Source: Daphnia carinata | Taxonomy: Eukaryota | Length of the DNA stretch: 64,000 nucleotides | NCBI RefSeq assembly: GCF_022539665.2 | Contig: NC_081333.1 | Span: 4,216,001-4,280,000, forward strand | Reading direction: 5' to 3' | In this document: piece after piece, positions 1 to 11,542 of the stretch | Layout of the letters: the number at the start of each line of letters is the position of its first letter | How positions within the stretch are numbered: the stretch's first letter is position 1 | Notes under the pieces: model-generated | Told to the model about the DNA's origin: nothing | The model's input: only the letters and a program-made list of their open reading frames with translations | Databases searched by the model: none | Translations under genes and position numbers: made by a program

Positions 1-1483
1 CATAGAGAAACCCTCCATGTCAAAGATGATGGTCGATTGCACTATAGCCGTAGGAGAACGTTTGAATTTCTTGGGATCGGCATGGACTCGGGCGATGCTG
101 CTTTCAACCAGGTAAACGACGTACATGACGTAATCTTTCTTCTTGACTGAACGAAGGATGCCCTTGACGTCCGACATTCCGTACCGCACAATCCACACTG
201 ACAAAAAGAAAACAGAATTCATTTTAAATTTACGGAGGTATTGGTTTATGCTGAAAATTTTCCTTACGAGGACTTTGCGTCTTGTCGCGACCGACGAAAC
301 TAGCCGAGAAGTACTTTTTCAATACTTCCGGCGGTTTGAAATCTTCCCGGATGCTGTCGATTTTGTACTGGCGGCGCCATTCCAATGACTAGTTTTCACA
401 TAGTCAATAATGCAACAGCGACGAGTTAGTCTATTTTATTAATTTATTGATTCCAGGTATATGTTGAACTTACAGTGCGGAGCATTTTCTCTGCCTTTGG
501 GATGTCGAACTCTCGCGCTAGATTGGAAAACAAGATCGATCATACGTTTGTAAAGGTAATAGTCCTAGCCAATGTAAACATGTAGCATACCAACGAGCCA
601 TCGTATAAGGTAGGCATCGTCTGACTCAGGTAGTTTGCAGTCTTTGACAACCTCACGAAACTGTTAAATAAAACGATATGGCAAAATCGTGGACATATTA
701 TGTAGAGAAAATAGTAAGTAAAAGTTAGATATGGCTGTTTATAGCCGTATCACTATAGTAAACAAAGTTGACTCCATGACGTTGATCCACTATCTTTTTT
801 ATCATTTGTATTGTTATGTACACCAATGGGTTTGCCCGTTTAAACTTTATTTTTGTTGTTTCAATGATAACCACACGTCAATGTTTTTGACAGTTTTCTA
901 ATCAAGGCTCTGGTTGTCTGAATCGAACCAACATAAACCGAAATACAGGCTATTACAACAAGCGGTGCTCGTTTGGCGTCAGTTTTTTATTTCCACGTAT
1001 ACTACCCATCATAAAATAGCTGCAGCCAAGATGTTCTTTAAAAAACTACGGATTTCTCTTGTCTCATAAAATGCAAATAGAGAAAGCGTGAAATGCAAGT
1101 TAAAGAAATTTAACACGCCCGGTCAGCGAGATGAGCTTCCCATGGACTTGGTGGTAAAGATTTTACGTGTTTGTAATTGCATTTTGCTAAAATGAAAAAA
1201 ATATTTGCCATTTTCTGAGAAATAAATTGTAAACAGCTTTTCGATGACTTTCACATTTGATTTACGGTGAAAAGAGACTGAAATGAAAAAGGACTTTTTC
1301 ATTTCAGTTGTATTTCAGCTACCACCGTCTTTTATCATAATTCTTAATTGAATTAAACTTCAGAGAACGAATTGCGTTCTATAGTTACGAAAACTCATTC
1401 CGTACAATTGTAACAATAAAAGAAAAAACATATACCTGTTTCAAAATAGTCTTTTGGTTATCGCTAAACTGATTGAGATCCAT
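1..1483 (-). CDS. SEC14-like (CRAL-TRIO/GOLD) lipid-binding protein, paralog 1; multi-exon, 3' part outside window
   Basis: ATG at 1483 (MDLNQFSDNQKTILKQ, GT donor at 1435). Later exons encode FREVVKDCKLPESDDAYLIRWLV, WRRQYKID and WIVRYGMSDVKGILRS...STIIFDMEGFSM, colinear with the five complete paralogs. Confidence 0.9.
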
Positions 1484-3053
1484 CTCGTGACAAAGGCACA
1501 GCCGTGACTGATTTGAACGCAAGTGCGACCCTTTACTTGATGAATTTTTTCAATGCTTAGCTATTGATAGTGCCTTGTTTATCCCGCACATCAAGAAGAT
1601 TAGATTATACCCTTTTGTTTGTCGAACACAGGATAACAAATGCTCGAGTTGTGTATGGCTGGTTTATTCGACTTTTATCCGACCTGACGGAGCTGACAGG
1701 CCGTTCCATTTCCGCCTCTAACACAGTTATACCAATATAGATTTATGCTAGACGAGAAAACCGCCATAAAACCATCGATAAAGGGTTCCTCAGTCCAAAA
1801 ACGGAGTTTGTATTAACCTGGGACTGGGGCATAGAAGATTATTGACGTCTTGTGCGTTTAATAGCCTTGAGTTACTTTTTAAAATATCTCTCTCTGTTTT
1901 TCTTTCTCCATCGTTACATGCTATTGACAGCTAGAGAATCTCGTTACAGAAATGAAAACTAGATGGCGCTGTTATTCACTTATGGCTGACGGGTCATCTG
2001 TAACAAGCTAACTAAATCGGTGTTGTAATGTGCTAAATTTTGTTGTGTTTTCAAGCATTTTTCACCAGAAAATTAACAGTAAGTTAGTACAATTTCATAT
2101 ATCTATTGTTATGTACGTCTTGGAAGTGTAGCACTTAAAAAAATTTCCATTTGCATTGAACAGAGTTTGCATTTTGAAAGCCATGCAAGTTGCTGACCAT
2201 AAAAGCAGTGACTACCCATCTCACTGTTTTCCGATATACCATTTCTCACTCAAGTTGGCCTTAATTCAACCCACCTCTCCACCTAGAAAGCCTAAAATTA
2301 CACTAAACAACATTAATCACTTTACTGAAGAAAAGTTGATGAAACGAACTGCACAAGGTGTGCTGGCGCATATAGAAGATCAACTAAGATGACAGTTTTT
2401 TAAATTGTGTGCCATCACTTAATTCAAGTATTGTTGACTTGACAATAACATTGTTTTAAGTTTAATTATTAATTTGTTGTCATTCAATTGCAGAGTCTTC
2501 TTCCACTTTGTATTGCTTTCCATCAATCATTAATCATCCCATTGATCCAGTCTTCTGCAGCTTCTTTCCTAGCCAACAGTCAACCAACAACATCTCGAAC
2601 ATCTAGTCATCACAGCTTTTCTGCTTAGCCAGCCATCAACTTTAGACTTCTGCCTCATATCATATTTGATAACACCCTTTATCTGGCATATCTCCAAATG
2701 AGGTATGCTTTGCCACTGTAGAACTTCGAAATCCTCATCATCGGTTCCCATCTCAACTGTACGGACTCTTCATCGCCACTCGTACCTGGCGAACCTGTAG
2801 AGGTGTCAACCTCATACTATGGTATTTTTAATTTAACCTATCATCTCGTTTTCTGAGTTTTAGTTTAAAATTCCTATCGCAGATCTGCCATCATTTCATC
2901 ATTTCTGCCAAAAATCGCCGTTTTATCAAGTCATCAAGTCATGCACGCCTACGGAATTCATGACGTAAGTTACTGGCTTGGCATTACCAATTATTTACTT
3001 AATATTCTAATTTATGTTCGCTTTTTAGATGACGTTCACTCCAAGTGATACGA

Positions 3054-3253
3054 GCAACGTGGAGCGTCCCTCTCTTCAAAGCAACGTGGAACTTCATTCT
3101 TCAATACAACGTGGAACTTCATTCTTCAATACAACGTGGAACTTCATTCTTCAAAGCAACGTGGAACTTCATTCTTCAAAGCAACATGGAACTTCATTCT
3201 TCAAAGCAACGTGGAACTTCATTCTTCAAAGCAACGTGGACGTCCCATTCTTC
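3054..3253. repeat. 25-bp minisatellite (GCAACGTGGAACTTCATTCTTCAAA)
   Basis: Six near-identical units at 3081-3230 plus a degenerate unit on each side. Explains the three overlapping repetitive + strand ORFs. Confidence 0.95.
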
Positions 3254-3283
3254 TGTGGTATTGCTTGTTTTGTTTTGCTTGTG

Positions 3284-3602
3284 AGTTAACCCGTTGGCTG
3301 CCACCCCGTTTGCTCCCTTTTTTTTTGTAGCTTTAGGGACCCGGCCGCGCTGTCCTGCCCGACGGGGTGGGGCAGTCGCAATGGCCTTTGCCGAAAGGCA
3401 AGTAGGCAATGCACCAATAGGGACTTCTCTTTGTTCGATGCAGTGGCGGATTCCGGAGGGTGTGCATTCCCTGTAATGGTTTCCGTCACTGCATCAGCCC
3501 GGACTTGTCTTCGGACAAGTCCTTTCAGTTCGTGGATCCTTCAGACGCGAAGCGTAGTAAGTAGAAAAACAACCCAAGGGCGTGGCAGCCAACGGGGTAA
3601 CT
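3284..3602. mobile_element. MITE-like element with 21-bp terminal inverted repeats
   Basis: AGTTAACCCGTTGGCTGCCAC (3284-3304) vs GTGGCAGCCAACGGGGTAACT (3582-3602), one mismatch. Encloses a GC-rich core in AT-rich surroundings. No clear target-site duplication. Confidence 0.5.
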
Positions 3603-4986
3603 AGTTGTATGTTTATGTATGTATATGTATGTATGTATTGTATTTCTGTTGTGTAAAATAGTGGTGGAATTGTGGGAGGTTGGAGGGAAAATATAAAACT
3701 ATTTCAATTTATGATTGTCTTGTTATTTATATTAACTTTAAGAGGAAAATATATATAGTTCTTGTGGAACACGAACTTGTTATGAAACTTCAATTTAAAC
3801 TACAAGTCCTAATGGTTACAACATTTACCTTGCCTCATTTTTTCGTTAAAATTAAAAAAGTTCTTTAACTACCACAAAGTTTTGCATATCATCCTATTCA
3901 TATATTTCATAAATATCAAATTCTTGATGTTTGTTATCTCACCGTCATGCGCATTTCTAAAACTTTCCATTTAGAACATCTCATTTCCTGAGAAAATCCA
4001 CAATAATTAAAAAAACCTGCGTTTTATTAACAAGATATAAAATTAGTTTCTTGCTCTTCAAATGCTGTCTTCGGGATCCTCGCTCAGCTCGATGTTCGAA
4101 CAGGTCTCTCAATAATCATCAGCTGAATATGTGAAAACTACCAACTTAGAGCACCACAGAATTCGAAATGGTGTCAGAATAAAAAATGTTCATCCTATAT
4201 TGGACAACATACATAGAAATTAGTTGATAAGTAAAAGAAACTTTTCCCATTCATACCAAAATATGGGATGTTGTCATGGATAGAATGTTTCCAAACTGAT
4301 GATTTGATATTGGCATTGAAGTTTAAGATTCATGTTCGACCTCCACTAAATTGCTCTCCCAAACACCTAAAGAAAAAAAAAAAGATTACAACTGCTTACA
4401 ATGCTTAGCTTTGGTTTTGGTAAAATGTTTTTGACGATAAAGGAAACAGATTACCTGAAAAGGTAATGCCATTTGCATTACTATACCACATTGCTGTCGA
4501 GAGACAATGCTTCTGATATTAAAACATAAATAGCAAGACAATAAACTTCATCAAAAGGCTTCATTCAGTGTCAATGAGTTGCTAACATGGTCTTGAATTC
4601 GACTAAAATGTCGAAGAGCGAAAGATGTAATACAATACTCGGTGTCAATAGTTACAATTGACAACGAGACCTTCGTGTAGATTGTCAAGTGTTTTCTACG
4701 AGCCAAAAATGTACCAGGCCTAAGAAATGAAATTGCAAGTCTCAAAAAGGATGTTTCTTTGTTTGTAAGGGAATGGGATGATACTAGTACATCTTAATTT
4801 TAAGATGAGGCGTTATATTGTTTAAAGAGCTGATATTATGACAAACACCATTACGTGGCAACTGTAGTTGCACAATGACGGTGGCAACACCTGTGACAAA
4901 CTATCTACGTTGCCAGATCGTGAACAAAAAATTTCAACAAAAAGCCGGTTCTAAAATTTAAGCCCGTAATATTTCTGCTCAATGGC

Positions 4987-5673
4987 GCTAGCGCTGTAGC
5001 GTACTGGCACGCTAGCATTGTATCAAATATTCGGTGTATTTAAAAAATGATTGACTTAATGAAAAAAAAATAGCAATTTTCCCGGAATTAGCATTCAATT
5101 TTGAGTATATCCTATGATATTCAACCCATTCCGATAAGTGTCAGTTTTTGCAGAAAAAAATTTAAGCCCGACTAAATAAGCCTGACTTTTCTTATTTTTT
5201 CGTTTTTGGCGTTTAATTAAAAAACCATAAGGTCAATTGGAAAATAACTTTGATTTCCATGATACGCATTCAATTCTGAATCTAAATTATGTATTTTAAG
5301 TCAAATTTAAATATAGGCCAAAAATGAAAAAGTGGGAAGGCTATAAGCTCGTCAAAATCGTGACATCACTTGGAGAAAATTAATCACAATTTAACGCTGA
5401 TTCAGAAAAAGCCCTTCGTTTTCGTGTCAAGTTAGCCGTTTTTGAATTACACCGAATATAAAGAAAAGTCGGGCTTATTTATTTAGTCGGGCTTAAAATT
5501 TTTTTCTGTAAAAACCGGCATTCAGCGGAATTGATTGAATATCGCAGGATATACTTAAAATTGAATGCTGATTCCGATAAAATTGTTATTTTTTCCATTA
5601 AATCAACCATTTTGGAAATACATCGAATATTTCTGCTGCATCGTGCTAGCGCTGTAGCGTACTGCGCGCTAGC
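4987..5673. mobile_element. Foldback/MITE-like non-autonomous element with ~170-bp imperfect inverted arms, flanked by ~30-bp direct repeats
   Basis: 5025-~5195 is the imperfect reverse complement of ~5457-5632 (AAATATTCGGTGTATTT/AAATACATCGAATATTT; AAGCCCGACTAAATAAGCC/GGCTTATTTATTTAGTCGGGCTT). GCTAGCGCTGTAGCGTACTG...CGCTAGC occurs at 4987-5016 and 5645-5673. The core recurs at 46.9-48.1 kb. Confidence 0.7.
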
Positions 5674-5735
5674 TTTGTGTCAACTATGCGAAATACAGTA
5701 TATTATGGCTGCAAAACAACTTGAGCTACGCTTGT

Positions 5736-5801
5736 TAAGCTCCATAGATGGCCTTGTGTAGAAATAGTGCTGAACAGCCCCAACGCCATCTATGGAGCTT
5801 A
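5736..5801. repeat. Perfect 17-bp inverted repeat with 32-nt spacer
   Basis: TAAGCTCCATAGATGGC (5736-5752) / GCCATCTATGGAGCTTA (5785-5801). Confidence 0.85.
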
Positions 5802-6038
5802 GCATTCGAAGATCAATATTATACTTGATGCCTGAATCACGAACACTACATGTTATCCGTTAGACGATTGACCATCTATCAGGGGAAATCATACTGATGG
5901 TGGTTTTTCATCTATATAGAATCTCTAGAGAAGTTTTGTTTTTCCTTTTATTTACGTACGTAAACAACCAAACATAACAGAATTGTCGTAAACTCCCTTT
6001 AAATTTCTTAGATTTTAATGAATTATTCAGTTTTTTAC

Positions 6039-8212
6039 TCAATAAAGGTTGTCCAAATCCGTGCCATTTTTCATCGGTGAGGCCAATTCCACTTTGATTG
6101 AATACCAAATTTTCTTTGAGCGGAGGTAACTGAAGTTGTTGTCAAACTCCACCACATCTTTGACAAGAAAATTCATCAATTAAGAAAAAAAAATAAAAGA
6201 AGTGATGTCATCAACTTACAGACACCATTTTCGTCACAGCGTAATTCTCCTTCTTCCGTCGACATATCGCAATCGACTCTATCATAAAAAATGACTGGAA
6301 TCAGTTCACCTTCTTTCTTCCGGTATATGGCGAATGTAATGTCCCCCTCTTCGGAATGGAAATCCCATCTGGAAAAACAGAAGAAAAATTAGTAATTCAA
6401 TTCATCTCATCGCATCGTCCCAACATCAATAATTTACTTAAGAACGGATCCAACTTGCATGACTGGGAATTCCAACTGCTCTTTGGAACCACTAGAAACC
6501 GTCAAAGACTTTTTATTGGTAGTGTCAGGCTTGCCGGCAAAATAATAAGACTTTGGAACTTCTCCTCCCATATTAACCTACAATTTTAAAAGAATTCAAT
6601 GGGGGAAAAAACCACGGCTTAACTTGTAAAAATCCTACCATTGCAACGCAATTAGGGTTTCCGTCCGGATCAGTCAAAGTTCCTCCGTATGCGACAGGTA
6701 ATTCTTCCGGATTTACTTCGGTTAATATGGCTGGTTTCCACTGTTGTGAGTCATGGCCGTAGATTTGAATCTTATTTCTGGTTCGCTCGTTCAAAAACGG
6801 CTTTATCATGGAAAATCCAATGGAAAATATGGTCGGTGCTGCAAGCGATCAATATTTGAAAAATTTCCCCTTTTAATTTATCCTGAAATTTACCGTTAAT
6901 GACGAATACACGATGAAGATATTCGGGATAGTTTGCTTCGTAAATCTGTACCAGTTTAACAGCCGATTCCATAGCTAAAAGAAATTGATTAAACATTGAA
7001 TGTATCATGTAAAATCCTGACTCTCATTTCACGAGGACGTTTCGCCTCCCTAATTATCTGATGAATACCTTGCTTGTTTGTGATGTGTTGCATAGAGAAA
7101 CCTTCCATGTCGAAGATGATGGTTGATTGTACTATAGCGTCGGGAGAACGCTTATATTTCCCGGGATTAGACGTGACTAGCCAGATGCTGCTCTCAACCA
7201 AATGAATAACTTTCATGACGTAATCTCTTTTTTTGGTTGAACGCAGGATACCCTTCATATCCGTTCTTCCATACCGGACGACCCAGACTGCAATCAATTG
7301 CTATTTAAGCTTGCGAATTACTGTTTCTGAGTTGTAAAGATTCTTACGAGGATTTAAATACTTGTCCCGTCCGACAAAACCAGCAGGGAAAAATTTGGCC
7401 AACACTTCTGGTGGTTTGTAATCGTCAAGAAGCGTATCGATTTTGTATTTCCGGCGCCAATCCAATGACTATTTCATAAATAAAACGAATTGTTACGCTA
7501 AGAATGATTTAACTTGAGATTACGGATGATCTTACATTGCGCAGCATTTTGCCGCCTCTGGCCAAATCAAAGTCACGGGCTAAAACAAATTAAAGAAAAA
7601 ATATTATATAAAAATAAATAAATGCAGTTTTTCCTCTACCGTACCGATAAGCCAACGTATAAGGTAAGCATCTTCCGAATCGGGTAGTTGACAATCTTTC
7701 AATTCTTCCCGGAACTATAAGCGAAAAAAAGGAGAAAACACACAAATGGAATCACATGTAGTGCGGAAGAGAAAACACGTGTCTGAAACTGATTTCCCTT
7801 CAAGTATCTTTTCCTGAGGGCAATACGCCTTAATTCGAAACTTGGAAATGACACCGAGATTTCACATTAGAACTCATTTAACTATTCCTTTTCTTTTGTA
7901 CAAATTGTTCACCACCGTGAGAGCAAAGAGAAAGCTAATTGAGAGCCACAATGGTTGCGGAAATGAATAAAGACGGTAGTTGCATCCCGCCTTGCGATAA
8001 AAAGAAAGTACAAAACAAAAATTTCACTAGTTTAAAAACTGAAGACGCAAAAGAATGTTGTGCCACAAACACGAAAAAACTTGCTAAGTTTAACGGATGG
8101 TTGAACTGTCCGTCACGTGTGAATACACATAGCTCCTACACAGATACAAGGGAAAAACACTTACCTGCTTTAATACAGCTTTTTGTTTGTCGCTGAACTG
8201 ATTAAGATCCAT
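6039..8212 (-). CDS. SEC14-like (CRAL-TRIO/GOLD) protein, paralog 2; multi-exon
   Basis: ATG 8212 (MDLNQFSDKQKAVLKQ). Contains YEANYPEYLHRVFVIN, ELPVAYGGTLTDPDGNPNC and the GOLD end VVEFDNNFSYLRSKKIWY. TGA at 6041-6039. GT-AG introns. Confidence 0.92.
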
Positions 8213-8974
8213 TATGTGTAGCGGACGTTCACAGATTTTTAATCAAGAACAGCCAAAAACGTCGCCTTTCCGTATTTTCGGTTAGCTTGCTTTGGACGTA
8301 CTCGTACGAAGAAAAGGAAACTTTCTCCTGCATGCCCAACGGGAACTGGAAAATAACCGACTTCCCAAACCAAAATGGAACCATCTACCGGTACCTGTTT
8401 GAGTTTGTTTTCGATCCGGAAGGCCTTGATTGAGTTGACTTTGGCCTTAATCGACTCCAGATAAGATTGAAGCGTTGCGGTCAAATATCAAGGGTTGTAA
8501 CTACTAGACGTCTAGTAAACTTTGCGATTAGTAACTTTCTGTTGGCGTTACTTGGTGATTACTTTAAGAAAACTGAGACTACTACACTGATGAAAACTCG
8601 CCTTGTTTGTAGACCTTTCAACAGAGTTGCCATCCCCCAAAATGGTTCCTAACAATTTTTCCTTGTTTTTTTTTTTTTTACTTACCCGAGGGAGAACTGA
8701 ATGGCCCTTCTATGTGGGCAGGTGTATCAGGGTGATCGAATGTGCGGTCGACTCTTGGGATATAAAAACCAGGTATTGCTATGCCTACTGGGGTAGCCTT
8801 CAAGAAGGAAAAGCCCTTGTGCCTTCACCTCATTTTAGTGACAGGATGGACAATAGATTGAGGATTATTTACTTTCCATATTTCCGGTGTTTGATGAGGA
8901 ACAAAAACGGGATAGGCGTGTATTCAATTCTACCTAGAAAACATTATTTTTCATGTTAAATAAAACTTGCGCGT

Positions 8975-10896
8975 TTAGAGCGAGTCGAAACGGTTGCAAT
9001 TTTCCATCTTGGATGAAAAGGATTCCACTTTAACCGAGTACCAAACCTTCTTGGAGCGGAGGTAACTGAAGTTATTGTCGAACTCGACCACATCTTAAAT
9101 TGTTCAGCAAATTATTTAAGCGTAAATTCAAATTAAGCTATTTTAGAAACTAAACTTACAAACACCAGTTTCGTCGCAGATGATTTCACCTTCCTCAGCC
9201 GATATTTGGCACTCGATTCTTTCGTGAGGGACGATCGGGATTAATTCGTTTTCTCTTTTGCGATACACGGCAAAACATATGTCGCTATCTTCACAGTGAA
9301 AATTCCATCTTGTGTTTTAAAAGAAAATGTATTAAATCTTCCTTAACTGCAAAAATGTCTCCTTAACCAAGACAACTTACTTTAGTACATCACCTTGGTG
9401 TTCGACTTGAAATTCAAGGTGTTCCTTACTTCCGCTAGCAATTGTCAACGATTTCTTATTAGATGTATCAGGTTTACCACTGAAATAATATGATTTTGGA
9501 ACTTCTCCTCCCATGTTAACCTTCATTTAAAAAAAAAATATATTTATTAAATGTGTGGACTTCTAATGTAGTAGCTTGCCATTGTAATGCAATTGGGGTT
9601 TCCATCAGGATCGGTTAGAGTTCCTCCGTAGCAAACGGGCAACTCTTCCGGATCGACTTCCGCCAGAATGGCAGCTTTCCATTGTTTAGGCTCGTGACTA
9701 AAGATACTGATTTTATTTCTGGTCCGTTCGTGAATAAATGGTTTTAAAATCGGGTAGCCAATGCTAAAAATCTTGGGTGCTGCAATCAACCGTTAAGAGT
9801 ATGTTTCATAACACAAATTTTTGTATTTAATCAACTTACCGTTGATTACGAAAACACGACTGAGACATTCCGGGTAATTTGCTTCGTATATCTGAATGAT
9901 TTTAATGGCAGCATCAACAGCTATGTAAATAAACCAATATCAAATGTGTTAGTTTTATGAACACGAACGACAAAATCTCGTTTCATAGCAAAGAATTGAT
10001 TTCGCTAGTTGAAATCCAAAACTAAACAAACGTTCACTCCTGAAAATTAAAAGGATTCGAATATGGCTTATTTACCTTGCTTATTAGTGATGTGTTGCAT
10101 GGATAAATCTTCCAAGTCAAAGATAATGGTCGTTTGCACGATGGCACCGGGTGAACGTTTGTATTTCTGCGGGTCTGACGTGACACGCCAGATACTCGTT
10201 TCAACCAGGTAAACGACGTACATGACAAAGTCTTTTTTCTTGGTAGAACGTAGGATGCCCTTCATGTCCGACTTTCCGTATCTGGTAATCCACACTGAAA
10301 AATGAATAACATTATTCGCTATTCCATTAATTTGGTTAACGATTAGGATGTCGTACGTACAAGGACTTTGCAGCTTGTCCCGGCCAACGAAACCCGCAGA
10401 AAAGTATTTCCTAAGCACGTCTGGTGGTTTAAAATCTTCACGGAGGCTGTCGATTTTGTACCGCCGTCGCCATTCTAATGACTTTACATCCAAATACATT
10501 TAAATATTCAACTTTCTTTTATCATTCGAGTCGTACTTACATTTCGTAACATTTTTTCGGCTTTGGTCAAATCAAAATCTCGAGCTAAAAATAAAACAAA
10601 ACGTAAAATTCCGTGTTATGTGATACGGTAATTGCTAATCATTACCAATAAGCCAACGAGCGAGGTAGGCATCTTCGGAATTAGGTAATTGACAATCTCT
10701 GACTGCCTCTCGAAACTAGATAAGGTAAAGCAATTATCGACATTTGTCACACTACACATCCACCTAATTTCTGAAAAATTCTTTCGCTATGTTAAACACA
10801 AATACAATATCTTGACAAGTACGTAGTACATAACAAGGAACTATTTACCTGTTTCAGAATATCCAATTGCTTATCGTTGAACTGTGTGACATCCAT
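8975..10896 (-). CDS. SEC14-like (CRAL-TRIO/GOLD) protein, paralog 3; multi-exon
   Basis: ATG 10896 (MDVTQFNDKQLDILKQ). Contains WITRYGKSDMKGIL, ELPVCYGGTLTDPDGNPNC and EFDNNFSYLRSKKVWY. TAA at 8977-8975. One intron needs a GC donor (9579). Confidence 0.92.
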
Positions 10897-11542
10897 CTTT
10901 GCGATGTGAACAAGAATAGGAGCGATCGATTTGAATTCAAATCGACAAATGCAACGTCTTTCTCACAACTGTTTGTTACGGTTCTCTGTGGAGAAATGAA
11001 GCCTTGCGCAAAGTAACTCGAGTAAGCAGCAAGTTTCTTTTCTACCCCATGAAAAACGAAAACTGGAACTTGCGCAACGAACTTACCACATATTGCAACA
11101 AGTCTTTTGTACGGGATCTTAACGATATCTTTCGACAACAAAGAAGTGAAACAACTCACCTGTTAATATGGACACAGACTGGGCAAACAACCGTATGAAA
11201 TTCGTGAGCAAAAATCTGGGGGTATGGTAGCATTCCTCTTCCTTCGGTAGCAATAGACGTCGTGCATCCAAAAGCGTAATCGGAAATAGTGAGGATACAG
11301 GTTTAAAGAAGATCGGAACACGAATTACTGCCAATGTTAATGACATAGCTTTACATCCGGATTAGCACCGAGTGTACTCGGATAATTAAATACCAAAAGA
11401 TCGGACTGCAAAAGCAGCGTGCAGATGTCATCAACTCATTTATATTTCCATGTTTTTCTGAATTTTCATTGAAAATTTTTTGCCCACTAATTATGATAAC
11501 CAAAACAGCTTTCGTCATCATTTTTTTCAACTGTTCCATTCC

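Noticed and set aside
3054..3253. Regular short repeats resembling a CRISPR array
   Set aside because: Units are directly adjacent with no unique spacers, the context is eukaryotic and there are no cas genes; it is a minisatellite.
7545..7565. Apparent frameshift in SEC14 paralog 2 (ARGGKM versus AKAEKM)
   Set aside because: Codon count and downstream frame are preserved; at most a compensated local indel, not a pseudogene.
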